A stretch of 64,000 bases of DNA from Euglena gracilis (lineage: Eukaryota): contig CP154954.1 of the NCBI GenBank assembly GCA_039621445.1, forward strand, positions 40,417,572-40,481,571. The letters run 5' to 3'. Position numbers and translations under genes: made by a program. The notes under the pieces were generated by a model. That model saw nothing but the letters and a program-made list of their open reading frames with translations. It did not search any database and was not told the origin of the DNA. Positions 11,401 through 23,679 of the stretch are shown piece by piece; positions within the stretch are counted from its first letter, which is position 1, and each line of letters begins with the position of its first letter.

Positions 11401-13239
11401 CAAACACATTTGGCGTATTTTCCGTTTCCAATGTGATCTGTGCAGTATTTGCCGCACCAAGTGTAAGGCTGGCAGGATTTACCTGCGGTAAACGCGAGAA
11501 ACGTGGTGAACTTCTCCCGGTGTGGCAGTTTCCCGCGGAAAACCCGAAGGATGATCTGTTATTCCAATTGCGAATGCGACACATAACCAATACCAGGTGT
11601 GGGGTGTTGGCACATTCCTTGCACAAGGGTGGAATGATGAATTTCTTGGTGGAGACTCGAATTTTCGAGCAGTGAATCAATTTCCTCATCGGAAACATCA
11701 TCTGAAAAGTGGTTTTGAGGTGTGGGCAAAGGCAAAGGTGGTACATTACGCGTTTTCGCGGATGGTTGTACCGTGTTCGCGGTAGAAGTAGGGACTCCCA
11801 TTCCAGAAACGGAATTCTGAGAACGCAATTCCGGGACATTTGGAATAACAAACGCAGCGCTTACCGCGGTAGGTGGTGGCACAACCGGTAACACAGTGGA
11901 CACTTTATCCAAACTCGCGGACAAGTCATGTACGGTTTCTTCCAAATGTTCCACCAACTGGAGTTGGCCGCAAATACGGTCAACCTCAGTGTCCAAATGC
12001 CTAATGCGTTTGTGGTAATGGGAAAAACCTTCCAGGTCAGGCAGCTTTTCAAAAACCGCGTGTAGGTTTTGGACAAGATTTCTTTGGCACTCCTGCACAT
12101 TCCGGAGTTGTCCCGAAAGCACTCTTATGGCATTTGAAAAACTTTGCAGTTGGCGGGGTGTCTTGGTGTGGGTTTCTGCGGTGGTTCGCGAATTTTCCGC
12201 GGTTGACATTTCCAACGAAGCACAAATTAGGCCATCCAACCGTGAAACCTCATCTTGCATGGATCTGGCATTCCGATTCACAGATTCCTCAAGTTGAACC
12301 AAACTCGGGCAAAATGTTTGCAAGGTTTCCTTGTTGTCAACAACCATTTTGCTGTAAAAAGTGCGAATTTCTGGTGACTCGGATATCCGAACGCGCGAAA
12401 TATTGGGTAGTGAGCACATTTCCGCTAATGTGCAGGACGACAAGGTACAATGGGTTTCATTAATACCGCCAATGTCCGTTTGCAATTTTCGTTGCGTGAA
12501 ATCCAACCATTATGCGCAAGCCGCGTTTTTCGCGTCCAAGAAGGTTTATCCATCCTGATTGGCGGAACAATGGCAGGATTTTTGCTCCATTTGTATGATT
12601 CATCCCTCCAAAATCTGACTTTGCATACAGGGAACAAAATTATCTTGCACTTTCGCCTGAAATTGCTCCAAATGCTCGATTTGCGAGCACAGAGCAAAAT
12701 CCTTTGTTGGCCGTCTTCCAAATAAGCTGAGAGTGTGGCAAAATGCTCAACCGCGACAAAGTTACCGATTGCGGCATTTTTGGGGTGGCATTTTGCGCGT
12801 GTAACTGTTGCTGCCATTGCAGTAGCATTGTTGAAAATGGTTCAACGTCGGTAAAAAGATGGTGCATACCATCTTGCACGTGCAGAAACTTAGAATCATT
12901 CCGCGTTCCCGCTTCATGCAGTGTTTCACTGATTTGTTGGAATTTTTGTGGGAGTTGGATGCGCAAAGTACTGTCAACAATTTCTCTAAAATGCTGAAGG
13001 TCTTTCCCCGCGCTTTCAAAATTAGGTTGGCAATAATTGCTGATTTCCTGCAAATATTTCCAGAAATATTCCAGTTTCGTGTTGGAAACCCTTTGATTGT
13101 CCTCATCGATCTGAAAAACCTTGTTGAGAATGGTTGTCCGTTCCGCAACGCAGTGGTGGACATGCAAAATTTGCTTGCTCAGCGGATGATCCGCTGGAAG
13201 TTGCCGAAAATTCGGTAAACATCACCGGCGGTGACGTTG

Positions 13240-14529
13240 CAAGGTTGGGTTTTGGGTTTTGGGTCCCCCCCCCAAAAATTTTGTTTTTTTGTGTACCCCC
13301 CCAAAAAAACACCAAAAATTTGTATTTTTGTGACCACCTCTTTGAAAAAATTCACCCTTAACCCCTAACTACCTAAAAAAGGCTGATTTTGGCCAAGAAA
13401 AGCCATTTTTTTCAAAATTTTCTGCGCCTGCGGAGCCAAAAAGCATATCCCACCCCTCTCTGGGCCCTCCGGGGGAGTCCGGCTGGACCCACCCTGGGTA
13501 ATCCCTGGGGCTGCAGCCGGGATCGAACTACGGACCTCGCGTGCAAAGCAGGATTCCTGTCCAACACGTCAAAAAGGATGGAAGTGCACCGGGGGGGCAG
13601 TGCTTATACAAGGCAAGTGTTTATACACCGGGGGGGGGAGTGCTTATACAAGGCAAGTGTTTATTTACCGGGGGCGGGAATGGTACAACAAAATTGTGGA
13701 TTCTGATAAGGGGTGACCGTTGGAATCCAGATTGTTATTTTCGGAGGGAAAATCATGCCCTCCAGAATTGTGGCCTTTGATTGGGGGGGGTGGCAGGGGT
13801 GTGATCATAGTAAACCCTCCCCCGAAATAATCCCCCCCAAATAATACCCCCCCCCCCCTCGGGGTACGACTTCGGCCACCAAAATATTACCCCCCTCCCC
13901 CAGTTTCAGGCCGACAGCCCGGATTTTTGACCTGAAAATGTAGGTAAAAAACACAATCTCTGACAATAAATTACTAAAAAAATCTATTTTTCTGGATTAT
14001 CTGGCCTCCAAGAAATGCTAAATTTCATGAGAACGTACAAAAAATTATCCCAAAGGTGGTTTTGGCACTATTTTTGCTCCTATGGAACTTCGAAAAATTT
14101 TGGGAATTAACACCCCCCCTTGGGCCGGGACTTCGGGCGAAAAAAATATTACCGCGGGGGGTATTATTTGGGGGGTTTTACATGTCTCGAACAGAAAATT
14201 GCATTTTGGGGCATTTTGAAAAGGCCTTGTGGCCCCAAAAAATTTCAGGATCCAAAATTGTGCTAACTAAACTAACTGGACTAACTGGGTGGGGGATGGT
14301 CTGACTACTGAAAAGTACACCGCCAGAAAGTGTTTCAAGCAGGCGGGGAGTGTTCAGGACAACTATGAGCGACAGCCCCTTCGTGACTTTGCGGATGTCG
14401 ACCATTGTTTCCCATGGTTTGCTCTCATCGTCAATGGAGACCCAAAAAGTTGATTTTTGGGTACCCCCCAAAAGTTGTTGGGCTGGTTTTAGGACCCCCC
14501 CAAAAATACAAAAACAAAACCCAACCTTG
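13240..14529. mobile_element. Non-autonomous TIR element inserted in the Gypsy gag region
   Basis: TIR CAAGGTTGGGTTTTG at 13240, reverse complement ending at 14529, and 7-bp TSD GACGTTG (13233-13239 and 14530-14536). It contains a nested IR element at about 13810-14182. Confidence 0.85.
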
Positions 14530-15712
14530 GACGTTGTCCCTCAAATAATCATCATATTAATCCACAACGGAAAAGGAACCAGAGATTTCCGGAACCACCA
14601 GACGCATATCTCGTTTCCATGGCAATGAAGGGAAAAAAATTGTTTCCGCGGGTAATCGCCGCAATGCGCGATAGGCTGTGTGGGGGGATGGTAATTGAGG
14701 GGGGGTTTGAAAAATCACGGCGTTTCCACCGAGGTATACTCCAAAAGGCCCACGGGTGCTTCCACCAGGTATCGTTTTGGTGTGAACAGAGCAAAGGGCA
14801 CATACCCCTCACTTTGTTCATGGGTAACACCGGTGACCAAGTGTACTTGGGCAACGGGCTCATCCCCTCGCTGCATCAAAGATGGTTGAACCGGGATGGA
14901 GGAAGGCCATTTGCCACCTACATCCTACACAATCAATGACAATGATGACGAAGAAGGCTCGTCGCCCCCTTGCAACAAAGGCGTTTGCCCTGTGATAATG
15001 ACAAATGGATCAATATGTCTTGGTGTGGTTGTTGTTTGGCGGGTCGGGAGGTGGAATTTGTTTCCATCGAACCATTCCAATCTCCGTCATCTTCTTCAAG
15101 GCGGGCCTATGAACTCATCAACAAGTCATAATCAAATTGATGGTTGGAGATTGAGCCCCGCACCTTTTGAGATGGCTATAAAGGCAAAAATCCAAAAGCT
15201 CACAATAGTAAGCAGTGAAACACGTACCAGGAAGGTTTTATCGGCGTTTACCGACGGAGCCCCCAGAGACCTGTATCACCCTTTCGGTCACTCAGAGTAA
15301 GGTCCATTTTGGACAATATTTTACATAGTAACCTGGGCGGACCAGGCTAATTTCCACCGAAATGGTCGAATGCACCCGTCTGGATGTGCTCATTTCTTGC
15401 AACCAACAATCCCGCTGAATGTTTTTCTTACCATTACACCACGATCATCATGAAACCCACGGGTGCCCTGGCTTTGGAGGCCTCCTGGAACACCCATTCG
15501 GTTACTCGGAGTCAGTGCTTGAAGGTTGTAAAGAGGCCAGGAACTGTACTTTCACCGTTTTTCACGGCCCAGTACGATCCTCACCACCAGTCAACCTCAG
15601 AGAATTTCTGTGTGGTACGGCTGTGTGGGATCGTTGTCGAAATGTGCTACCAAGTGTAATACTTGGTAGTCTTTAATTCTGTTTGTGATATGTGAGTAGG
15701 CTCGTAACCTAA

Positions 15713-15723
15713 CTCTGCTACCA
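15713..15723 (-). promoter_or_regulatory. Primer-binding site complementary to initiator tRNA-Met 3' end
   Basis: Minus strand reads ...CGTACA-CT-TGGTAGCAGAG: an LTR-like CA end, a 2-nt spacer and a tRNAi-Met-type PBS upstream of the minus-strand gag. Confidence 0.65.
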
Positions 15724-17580
15724 AGTGTACGTCCAAAGCTTTTCCTTTTCCTCTTTTTTGGAGCCTTTCGAAAAGGCCTTTTGCTTTCTCCTTGGTGCGC
15801 AACCTACTTATGAATGGGAAAAGTCTTTGGAGTAAAAAAGTGGATTTTCCCTTTCTGTTCCTAATTCCCCAAGAGGCAAAGCACAATTCAAAGGCTTTAG
15901 ATGTTTCCTCCGAAACTAAGTTCGACTGTTCTGAATTTTTTCCTTCCGGCGAATCAAACCACGAAATTTATAGACAGTGAAACAAAGGAATACCACTGAG
16001 GGGGAAGGAGAGAAAAGTGCAGACGTGTCCAGGGGCAGATCCCGGTAGGGTCTGTCACGATCGTGCCAGCTCTGGTTTCCACAGTGGTGCAATCGTCACT
16101 GAACCTACTCTGCAGGTATCCTACAGAGCTGGCACGTGCATGGTACACGTCCCAGGTTCTCTTTTCCTGGTGGTTCCTTCAGAGGATTGTGCCTGTTGAA
16201 GGAAGGAATGCTAAATTTCAATCTGAGTTCAAGAGAACAATTGTCCAACAATTCAAAAAGTCAAACTGGAAGGCCAACCAAAAGCAGCAAATCAATTTCG
16301 ACAGAAGAAGAGCAAGCGGCGCTGGGATGCAAGGTGAAGGCGTTCTTCCGCTACCCCCCCCTGCTACACTTTTTTAGCTTTAAACCAGGCTTTTCCTCCC
16401 CCACCCTACTGCTTCAGAGGCACCCTCCAAGGATTTGGACAAAAGCACCTTCACCCCCAACATTTTTTTTAAATATTTCTCTGCCGGAACCAAGGCTCTG
16501 GCTGAAATCAGGGACCAAAGGCCGCAAAAAAAAGGAGTTTTTTGGGCACGTTTTCCTATATTTACTGGAGCGGCGGGTGATCGGCCGGCCGAAGAGCCCC
16601 TTCCGCGCAAGGTCACTGAACCGGCGAGAGGAGAAAACCATGTAGCACAGGCTTCTTCTTTCTACGTTTTCCATTGAAGGGCATTTTCTTCAGTGTCCTC
16701 TTTCTGAAAGGCAAAACGTGAACACCTCCCCAGAATTTTCTACACACGAAGAGGCTACAGCCCACCGGCACACAGACAAGATGCCAACCCTTCCGGCGGA
16801 CTCTGAAGTGGCAGCCCCCACTGCAAGCCTTCCCGATAGCCCTCGCGGAGCGCAAGCAAACGCCCCGAATAGGGACCCCCGATCCCTTGCCCCATCCCCC
16901 CTCCCATCCCCACAATCCTCTTTTCCCACCTTCCCAGCCCTTCCCCAACTCCCACTCATCCCCCTCCAATCCGAGTCCCTAGTCGATATCCCTCGAAACT
17001 CGTCCCAAGTCTCCCTCCTGTAACCGAAATCAGTCCAGCCCCAGAGCTGATACCCGACCCCCTGGAATCCACCTGGGGCCCCACCACTCAGCTTTTCCCC
17101 GTGACCCCACCCTTCCCCCAGATGATCCCTTCCCTGCCTTTCCCAGGCCTATTCCTGTCCGAGGTGCCCCACCTGTGGGGCGTCCCGGAGCTACAGAGTG
17201 AGCGGGCCTTCGCGGTCCTACCGGTGCCTGTGCAAAGCCCTGGGCCACCGAGGAGCCCAGATTAGGGAATGCGGGCCATTACTTATCATCCCACCGACGA
17301 GCAGAGTGCGAGGGCCGAGACAGGATCCCCGACCCCGTTGCTGACCTGATCCCATCCGTGCATCTGTCTAAGCAGTCTGCCCTGCCGCCAGTGCCAGTGT
17401 TAGGGCCCTCGCCGTCTCAGACAGCGTCGCCGTCAAGCCAAATCATCGCCGCACCGGATGGAGGTCCGCCTCCCTACCTGTCCCCAAGCGAACACCCGAG
17501 TACCGCCGCCGTGCACGCGCACCTCCGCACCCCACTATCGTCCGTCCGGCCGTACAAGGTGCCGCGGCTAGGACTCTCTG

Positions 17581-19670
17581 ATGACAAAGGAGACAACGAT
17601 GTTGAAGGACAAGGTGAAAATTATCAACAACGCCAGGGAGAAGGTCGTTGATGACGACGAGGTGTGGCTGGCGGTCGGAGACCAGAGCGAGATTTACGAC
17701 GTCAAGGAGATGCCGGACGAGGTCATGCATGGCAACCCCCCCCCCCGAGTGGGAGCCTGCACGGGCTGCATTGCAGACGCGGATGGACCGCCTCCGCAAA
17801 CAGCGTCGACTTCATCGGCTCCAAAGCGAACGAGATGTGGGACAGCTGGGCGGCCGTGCAAATGGCTGCTGCCGAGATGTACAAGGTGGACGAGCAAGGT
17901 GTGGTGGTGCAAGATCTGAAGCAAAGGAAGGCGGCCCAAGAAATGGCCCATGTGGACCTGATGGGGAAGGTGGTGAAGGTGAAGGACGACATCGTCAGAC
18001 TACGTCAAGGAATACCACAACTCTACAACCTCATGCCAACGATGGCCACGGCGGAGGAGTGCATGACAAGAGTGTGAATTTACACCCACGACGTGCTCGG
18101 AGACTTCGGTGAGGACCTCCGGAGGGTCCGACCGAAAGTGAGGGAGGCGGAAGACAACGCCGCCGCCGCGGTGATGGTGGTGAAGAGCGGTGTGCCTGTG
18201 AGCGGGCTCACCGAGCTGGTGGAGGTGGCGAACTTCAAGGCCGCGGCACAAGAGCTGCTACAGGTGAAGGACCGGCAGCGTGCCGAAAACGCCCGGCTGA
18301 AGGAGAAAATTAACATCACCGAAGGGCAGATGTCCGCCATCACCGCCAAGGTGGAGGCGCCCCCGGTGGCCCAGTGCAAGGCGGTGGAGGTGACGCCGCA
18401 CCTCGCGGCGCAGCTGCAGCACCAGCACACCGAGAACGTCTGGCTGAAGGAGCAGGTCAAGGTCCTGGTGGCGCAGTTGTGCACCCTCACCAACAAGGTG
18501 GAGGCTGCTGCGGCCAAGGAGACAAAGGTCGCCGAGCTGCCGCCACTGATCATTGGGAGGATCCAGAAGGTTGAGACGGAGAGCCCAAGCCCAAGGAGGA
18601 GCCCAAAGATGAGCCCAAGCCCAGGGACTGACCGTGGCCGTGCAAAGCTCGCCGCTGACAGCCCCGATGACAAGCTTCGGGTTGTGGAAACTGAAGTGCA
18701 GAAGTTGAACTTCCAGACTCAAGCCGCGGTGATGGCCGTGCAGCAGCTGGACAAAATCATCTCGAAGGTGATCGCATCCTCCCGGGCCAAGAGGGTGCCG
18801 GCGATGCCCGCCAAGGCTCCGCCACACCCGGCTGAGCAGCAGCCTGTGCCAGTGGCCCGGCAGCGGCTAGTGCCAGAGGTGAGTACAGTCCAGATGGAAA
18901 AGCCCACTCAGGAGAAGTCTGTGGTGCAGTAGAAGCCGTCATCCACCCGCCGACCAGCTCTCCGCATGGTCCGGAGGCAGGAGGGGACGGGTTGTGGCGG
19001 TGTCCCGTCCCTCTCCATTGCGCGCCTGACCACCCCGTCCGCCGTCCCTGTCGCCAGCGCGTCCGCGGTGGTCCGTATCACCCCGGTGCAGGACCAGCCA
19101 GCGGCCCTGCACTTCCTCCAGGAGCCGCTGTTGGATTGCGTCATCGGCCACCACCCTGGCCGGTTCTCCGGGCATCCGCAGAACTGGCCGCAGTGGCCGA
19201 GGCGGTGGCTCCTGTTCCTTCGGGAACTCGAGCAGGCCTGGCACTCCATCACGCCAGCCCAGCGCCTTGCCATGTTCTGCGCGGCTCTGGACGTAGCCAC
19301 AGTGCTGATGCTGGACGAGGAGATCGAAACCAAGAAGGAGGTGGAGTGTGCCGTGCTGATCGGGGAGGTGGAGCTGGCGAACAGCGGAGAAGACACGGTG
19401 GTCCTGCGGCGGCGAATGAGGAAGCTGAAGCTGGTGACAAGCGGGAAGCCGACCGAGAAGGCCTGGAGAGAGTACTATGCGCAGATGGCAGCCATGGCGA
19501 GGCAGGTGAGGATGGAGGAGGAGGAGTTGGGGAAGCTCCTCGTGGAGGCCATGCCCGTCCACCCGTGGCGCCGAAAGGTGGCGCAGGAGGAGGACAGGCG
19601 GGTGGACCACCGGTCCTTCGTGCTGGAGGTACTGCTGATGCACACGACGGTGGAGAAGGTGAAGACCACT
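17581..19670 (+). pseudogene. GC-rich gag-like retroelement ORF (coiled coil plus capsid-like domain), frameshifted and truncated
   Basis: Overlapping ORFs 17581-17919, 17664-18077, 18093-18932 and 18966-19766 have GC-rich third positions. FSGHPQNWPQWPRRWLLFLRELE resembles retrotransposon gag. Composition changes abruptly at about 19670. Confidence 0.55.
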
Positions 19671-20615
19671 GGCCTGATAAATTCTGGCCTCCATGGCCCT
19701 GTAAAAACTGGCCACCCTGGCCCTGCACTTTTTGGCCTCTATGGCCGTGCAAAGGACATTGAATGAAATTCTGATCCAGACCTTGGTCTCCCCTCCATGG
19801 GGCTGTTCTTGACCTTGGTCTCCAGCTCCATTGGAATTCTGGGGGGGCTGCTGTGCAAGGTGAATTTGCGGGGTTGTACAGACTTTTTATGCCCCTTCCC
19901 GAGGGGATTTGCTTGAAAAAACTGGCCCCCATGGCCCTTTCGGTGTTGGCCTCCTTGGCCTGGATTCCATCTCCCCCTCTTCTTGTTGATTTGTGCCCAG
20001 GCTACTTGGCGCCTTTGAGGGAGATGCCCCTGATGTTTGGGCTTTAATTTTCCAATTTTAAAGCATTTTTGGCCCCCATGGCCCATTCCTTGCCCACCGA
20101 GGGCTGGGGCTGACTTCTGCCTTCCGGGCCTTCTGGTAGTAGTGGTCCAAGGACCGTGGCCGTCACTGTGGGGGTTTTGGGCTGGGAAATTTCTGGGGTG
20201 GAAGTCTGGGGGGGAAGAACGGCCACGGTTTGTCACGTGATGACTGCATCCCCAAAGTCTCCAGCTGTTGCGGCCACCGCTCCAGGACGTCCGTGATGAT
20301 ATGATACCAATTTCTTCTCCACTGCATTGCTCATCGAAGTCGAAATTGAAATTGAGAATTAAATTCTCAATTGATATTCGCCTGGTTCGTGCTCTTCTGG
20401 ATATTGAATTGATATTGACTTCTTGTTTCGGTCGTTCTTCGTTCGTGACCTCTGTCCCTGTCTTCCTGGAGTCGAAGGGCAAGTTTAGAGTCAGCCAACT
20501 CCGGCGAAAAAAGGCAATAAGCGGGACCTCCTAGCCCAGAACAACGAACAATCGCACAGCACCGCCGGCGAGCAAGGCATGGCCTCACAATGGCAAAGTG
20601 CGGAGCCCGCGGTGA
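19670..20615 (-). mobile_element. 5' fragment (left ITR plus gag start) of a DIRS-like element related to the neighbouring copy
   Basis: Shares AGTGCGGAGCCCG (about 20597 vs 25853), TCAGCCAACTCCGGC (20491 vs 25749) and the GHGPWTT peptide with the 5' end of the complete DIRS. Confidence 0.65.
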
Positions 20616-21154
20616 CGCGGGGGCCAGCAGATTGCCTGTGATCCCTTTTTCACACGGTCCTGCTGCCCGGATCAGGAGCCGGAGAGGAAGATAAAAAAGT
20701 TTTCAGTCCCCCCCTCATTTCGCACATGTTTTTTTTAAAAAAATTTCCACGGATGAAGTTTTTGCGCAGTTTTCCCTGCACTTTTAAGAGCATTATTTCT
20801 GCATATTGTTTTTATGTTTTTTTATTCTTCTTTTGTGATAAGCGAATTTTGCCTAATTTTTTTACCGATTTTGCATTTTTTTGCGACGCTTTTCTTTCAA
20901 AGTCAAAAAAACCTTTCGAATTTTCTTTGAAATGGGTTCTCATTCTCCCAAACAATTTGGTGGCAACTTTTTGCATATTTCCCCTTTATTTCTACGTGAA
21001 AAAAAAAGATTCCAAAAAATCATTAACTGAGCATTTTTTGGTTTATTTTCAACGATAAAACAGGGATTTCCCAACAACTTTGGTGTTGGGTTCACCATGC
21101 ATGTGACCCCTCACCGGTCCATGCATTTTCACCCCTCACCAGCCAAATGATCCC

Positions 21155-22670
21155 TCACCGGTCCATCCCCCCCCCATTCTCCCAGGTCGGTCCAAGTGTT
21201 CCCCGGCGGGAGGTGGGTGTTTCTGGACACCCCTGTTCTTTGCCATTCGGACTCCCACGACACAGGAAGGGGGAGGAAGGGACCAAGAGGGCGAAGCACA
21301 AGAAGATGGTGAGGTCCTGCTTTCCTTGCCGGCTGTTCTGTTCTGGTGTGTTTGTGCGTGCGCGGGGGGTGCTTCTTACTGCGCCTTTGTTGCCGGAGTT
21401 GGCGATGAGGTGGCCTCCTCCGACACCTTGGCGAAGCTGAACCGTCGTGGCGCCGCCCCCCCCCCCCCTCTCCCTTGGTCGCTTGGTGCCCCCCCCCCCT
21501 GGTGGGGATGGTTTTCTCTTTCTGGTGTGTTGCTGGGTGGGCGGTTGGGGCTGCTTGGTTGGGGGTCCCTTTTCTGGTTGGGATGGTTTTCTTTTTCTGC
21601 CGATTTTTGGGGTGGGAGGGTTGGGTTCACCATCTTCTTGTGCTTCACCCTCTTGGTCCCTTCCTCCCCCTTCCTGTGTCGTGGGAGTCCGAGACCATTC
21701 GGGCTCCGCACTGCGAGATGGTGAGGTACTGTGCACCCCCCTTTGGGCCATAATATTTTTAATTTTTGAAACGACTCCCAGCCTTAAATAATGAGCTTGG
21801 AAGGCCCCAAAACTTTTCCACTGACCCAATTGCTGGACTTCTTCCACTTGCAAACCAGCATTTTTCCACCATAAAACCCCAGCTCCTCTGGTGCTGTGGG
21901 GTTTCCAGTGGGTGGTGTCCACCCCCCCCTCTTGCAGAATTTCTCTGGTCAGGGAATTCACCCTTTCTGATGTCAACGGTCTTTTACCATCCAAATACCA
22001 TAACAAAATATTTTTGTGTCCAACCATGTGGGCTGTCCTTTCCACATACTTTTGCAATAAATGCCAAGGGCTCAGGAGGGGGGTGTGTGGCAGATTCAAA
22101 ACTTCCTCCAATCTTGGGAATTGCCACCCTTTCCTTTGCAACAAAATGAAAATTTTTTCTCCCACGAAACTGATTTTTCGCTGTGTCCTGGCTAAATCAA
22201 CCCCCCTGTGGAGGGCCAAAAGCCTCCAACAGATGATGAGTCTGTTTCTGAGCTCTTTCACAGATAGGTCTGAGAGGGGTGTGGAATTCCCCACGATGTT
22301 TTCTAGGAAATCAGTGGGGTCCCAAAAGTGGGCATACTTGCAGACATTGGCATTCCACTTCCTTTTAAATGGAGCCAGAAGAGGTGAAAATCTCAAAGAC
22401 CCACCCTGGGAGTAATAAGGCTGCTGCATATGCATTTCGTTCAGTGTTGATGCTATGAACAGCAAGATCAAGGATGGCTTCAGCCATCTTGGGGACTGTG
22501 CACTTCTGCAGAGGCACCCATTTTTGCAATAATTGGCCCATCAATGTCCTGAAGGCTGAGCCATATCTTTTGACATTTCCCAGATTTTTTATGTAAGTGT
22601 CGATACTGGACATCGAAACTTCCTGGGATTGTAATATTTGCCTGACACAATCAAGCAGGCCAAATTCCAC
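21155..22670 (-). CDS. DIRS tyrosine recombinase (split by one frameshift at about 22410)
   Basis: Catalytic motifs LLALHRGVDLAR (R), WKPHSTRGAG (HxxR) and VQQLGQWKS...FQAHY (W, Y). The N-terminal part is in ORF 22365-22670. Confidence 0.9.
21631..21727. repeat. DIRS internal complementary region (ICR)
   Basis: 21631-21692 is the reverse complement of 21247-21308, and 21693-21727 is the reverse complement of 25838-25872. Confidence 0.92.
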
Positions 22671-23679
22671 CTTGGGGGGGGGGGGGCATCTCCTCCCCCC
22701 AGCAGTTGGTGAATAGACCCCATTGGGTGGGGGGGACCAGCAAAACTTTGCTGCCTGGCTGTCTGTTTGACATTAATTGGCGCCACCATGATGTCGAAGC
22801 CCAGTGGGGTACGATCAACAGCCATGTTAGGTCTGGGTTTAACATTAATCTCTGAACCCACTGGGGAATGATGCTCCAGGGAGGGTTGGCATAAACTGGG
22901 GGGAGGCCCCTAAAATCGGCCCTCAAGGCATCCACCAGCAAAACCCCTTGGTGGGGGTATCGACGAACAAACTGGGGAAATTTTTTGTTGCTGGGTGTGC
23001 AAAACATGTCCACCTCTGGGGTAATGTCCTTTCTGAAAAATTTCAGAATTTGGTGAAAGATGTTCAAGTTTAGGGTATAATCCCCTGGGTCCTTTTGCTC
23101 CCTGGTCAGGGAGTCTGCCAATTGCTCTTTTGTGGGAACCCAAACCACCTGCAAATTGATTTTCTTTTCCTGACAATGATACAGCAGGGGTTTTAAGATG
23201 GAATTTAGGTATGGCTTTCTGCCTCCCCATTTTGTTAAATAACTTACAGCCACCTGGCTGTCCACGTGAAGCATTACTGTTTGTTTTGGTTTGGCCGGAC
23301 TTTTTACTGTCTCCACTGCTGACATCAACTCTTTTTGATTGATGTGAAGGATGTGCAGGTCTCTCCAAAAATCCTGCACTTTTTGGCCTGAGTTTTTGTC
23401 CAGCCCCCCCCCCCCCCATTGCCAGGTGCTGCTGTCTGAGAACAGTTCCTGAGAGGCCTGGGATTGAAAATCTCTGCCCACACCTGGCTGCAAAAACGCT
23501 TTTAACTCCACAATTTGATCTTTGACCCCCTGGGGAATGTTTAGGGTGTGGTCCCAACCCCACTTTGTGTGCAAATCCACCATTTTGCAAAGTTGGTCTG
23601 TCAGAATTCTGAGAAATGGCATTGAGACTAGGTAACTTCTGACTTGACCTACAATGGAACTGAGCTTTCTGCAGCTCAT
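22651..23679 (-). CDS. DIRS RNase H plus N6-adenine methyltransferase
   Basis: RNase H motifs LFSDSS, HINQKELM, HVDSQVA and LADSLTR. MTase motifs VDMFCT, VDAL, VYANPPW and LLIVPHW. Confidence 0.92.
   Translation of the reverse strand: MSCRKLSSIVGQVRSYLVSMPFLRILTDQLCKMVDLHTKWGWDHTLNIPQGVKDQIVELKAFLQPGVGRDFQSQASQELFSDSSTWQWGGGGLDKNSGQKVQDFWRDLHILHINQKELMSAVETVKSPAKPKQTVMLHVDSQVAVSYLTKWGGRKPYLNSILKPLLYHCQEKKINLQVVWVPTKEQLADSLTREQKDPGDYTLNLNIFHQILKFFRKDITPEVDMFCTPSNKKFPQFVRRYPHQGVLLVDALRADFRGLPPVYANPPWSIIPQWVQRLMLNPDLTWLLIVPHWASTSWWRQLMSNRQPGSKVLLVPPTQWGLFTNCWGEEMPPPPQGGIWPA

Larger units (their letters stand above)
6800..16150 (-). mobile_element. Third decayed Ty3/Gypsy retrotransposon (5'LTR? 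- PBS - gag - PR - N6-MTase - RT - RNase H), 3' truncated, interrupted by a TIR element
   Basis: Coiled-coil gag ORFs (12640-13167, 11559-12506), capsid-like QWDGDPTTRRQFLRDLEYYW, zinc knuckle CFLCRASHMSREC and protease KILIDTG. RT: LVPKP...KWRLVLDYRYLN, WTVLPTG...PAMF...YIDD. RNase H: DYAVGGDLSQ...RPVAFFSR. The outer LTR boundary is approximate. Confidence 0.88.

Noticed and set aside
22910-23676. C-terminal third of the 804-aa ORF as real protein
   Set aside because: It is the out-of-frame reading after the A-run frameshift. The RNase H and MTase motifs are in ORF 22651-23679.
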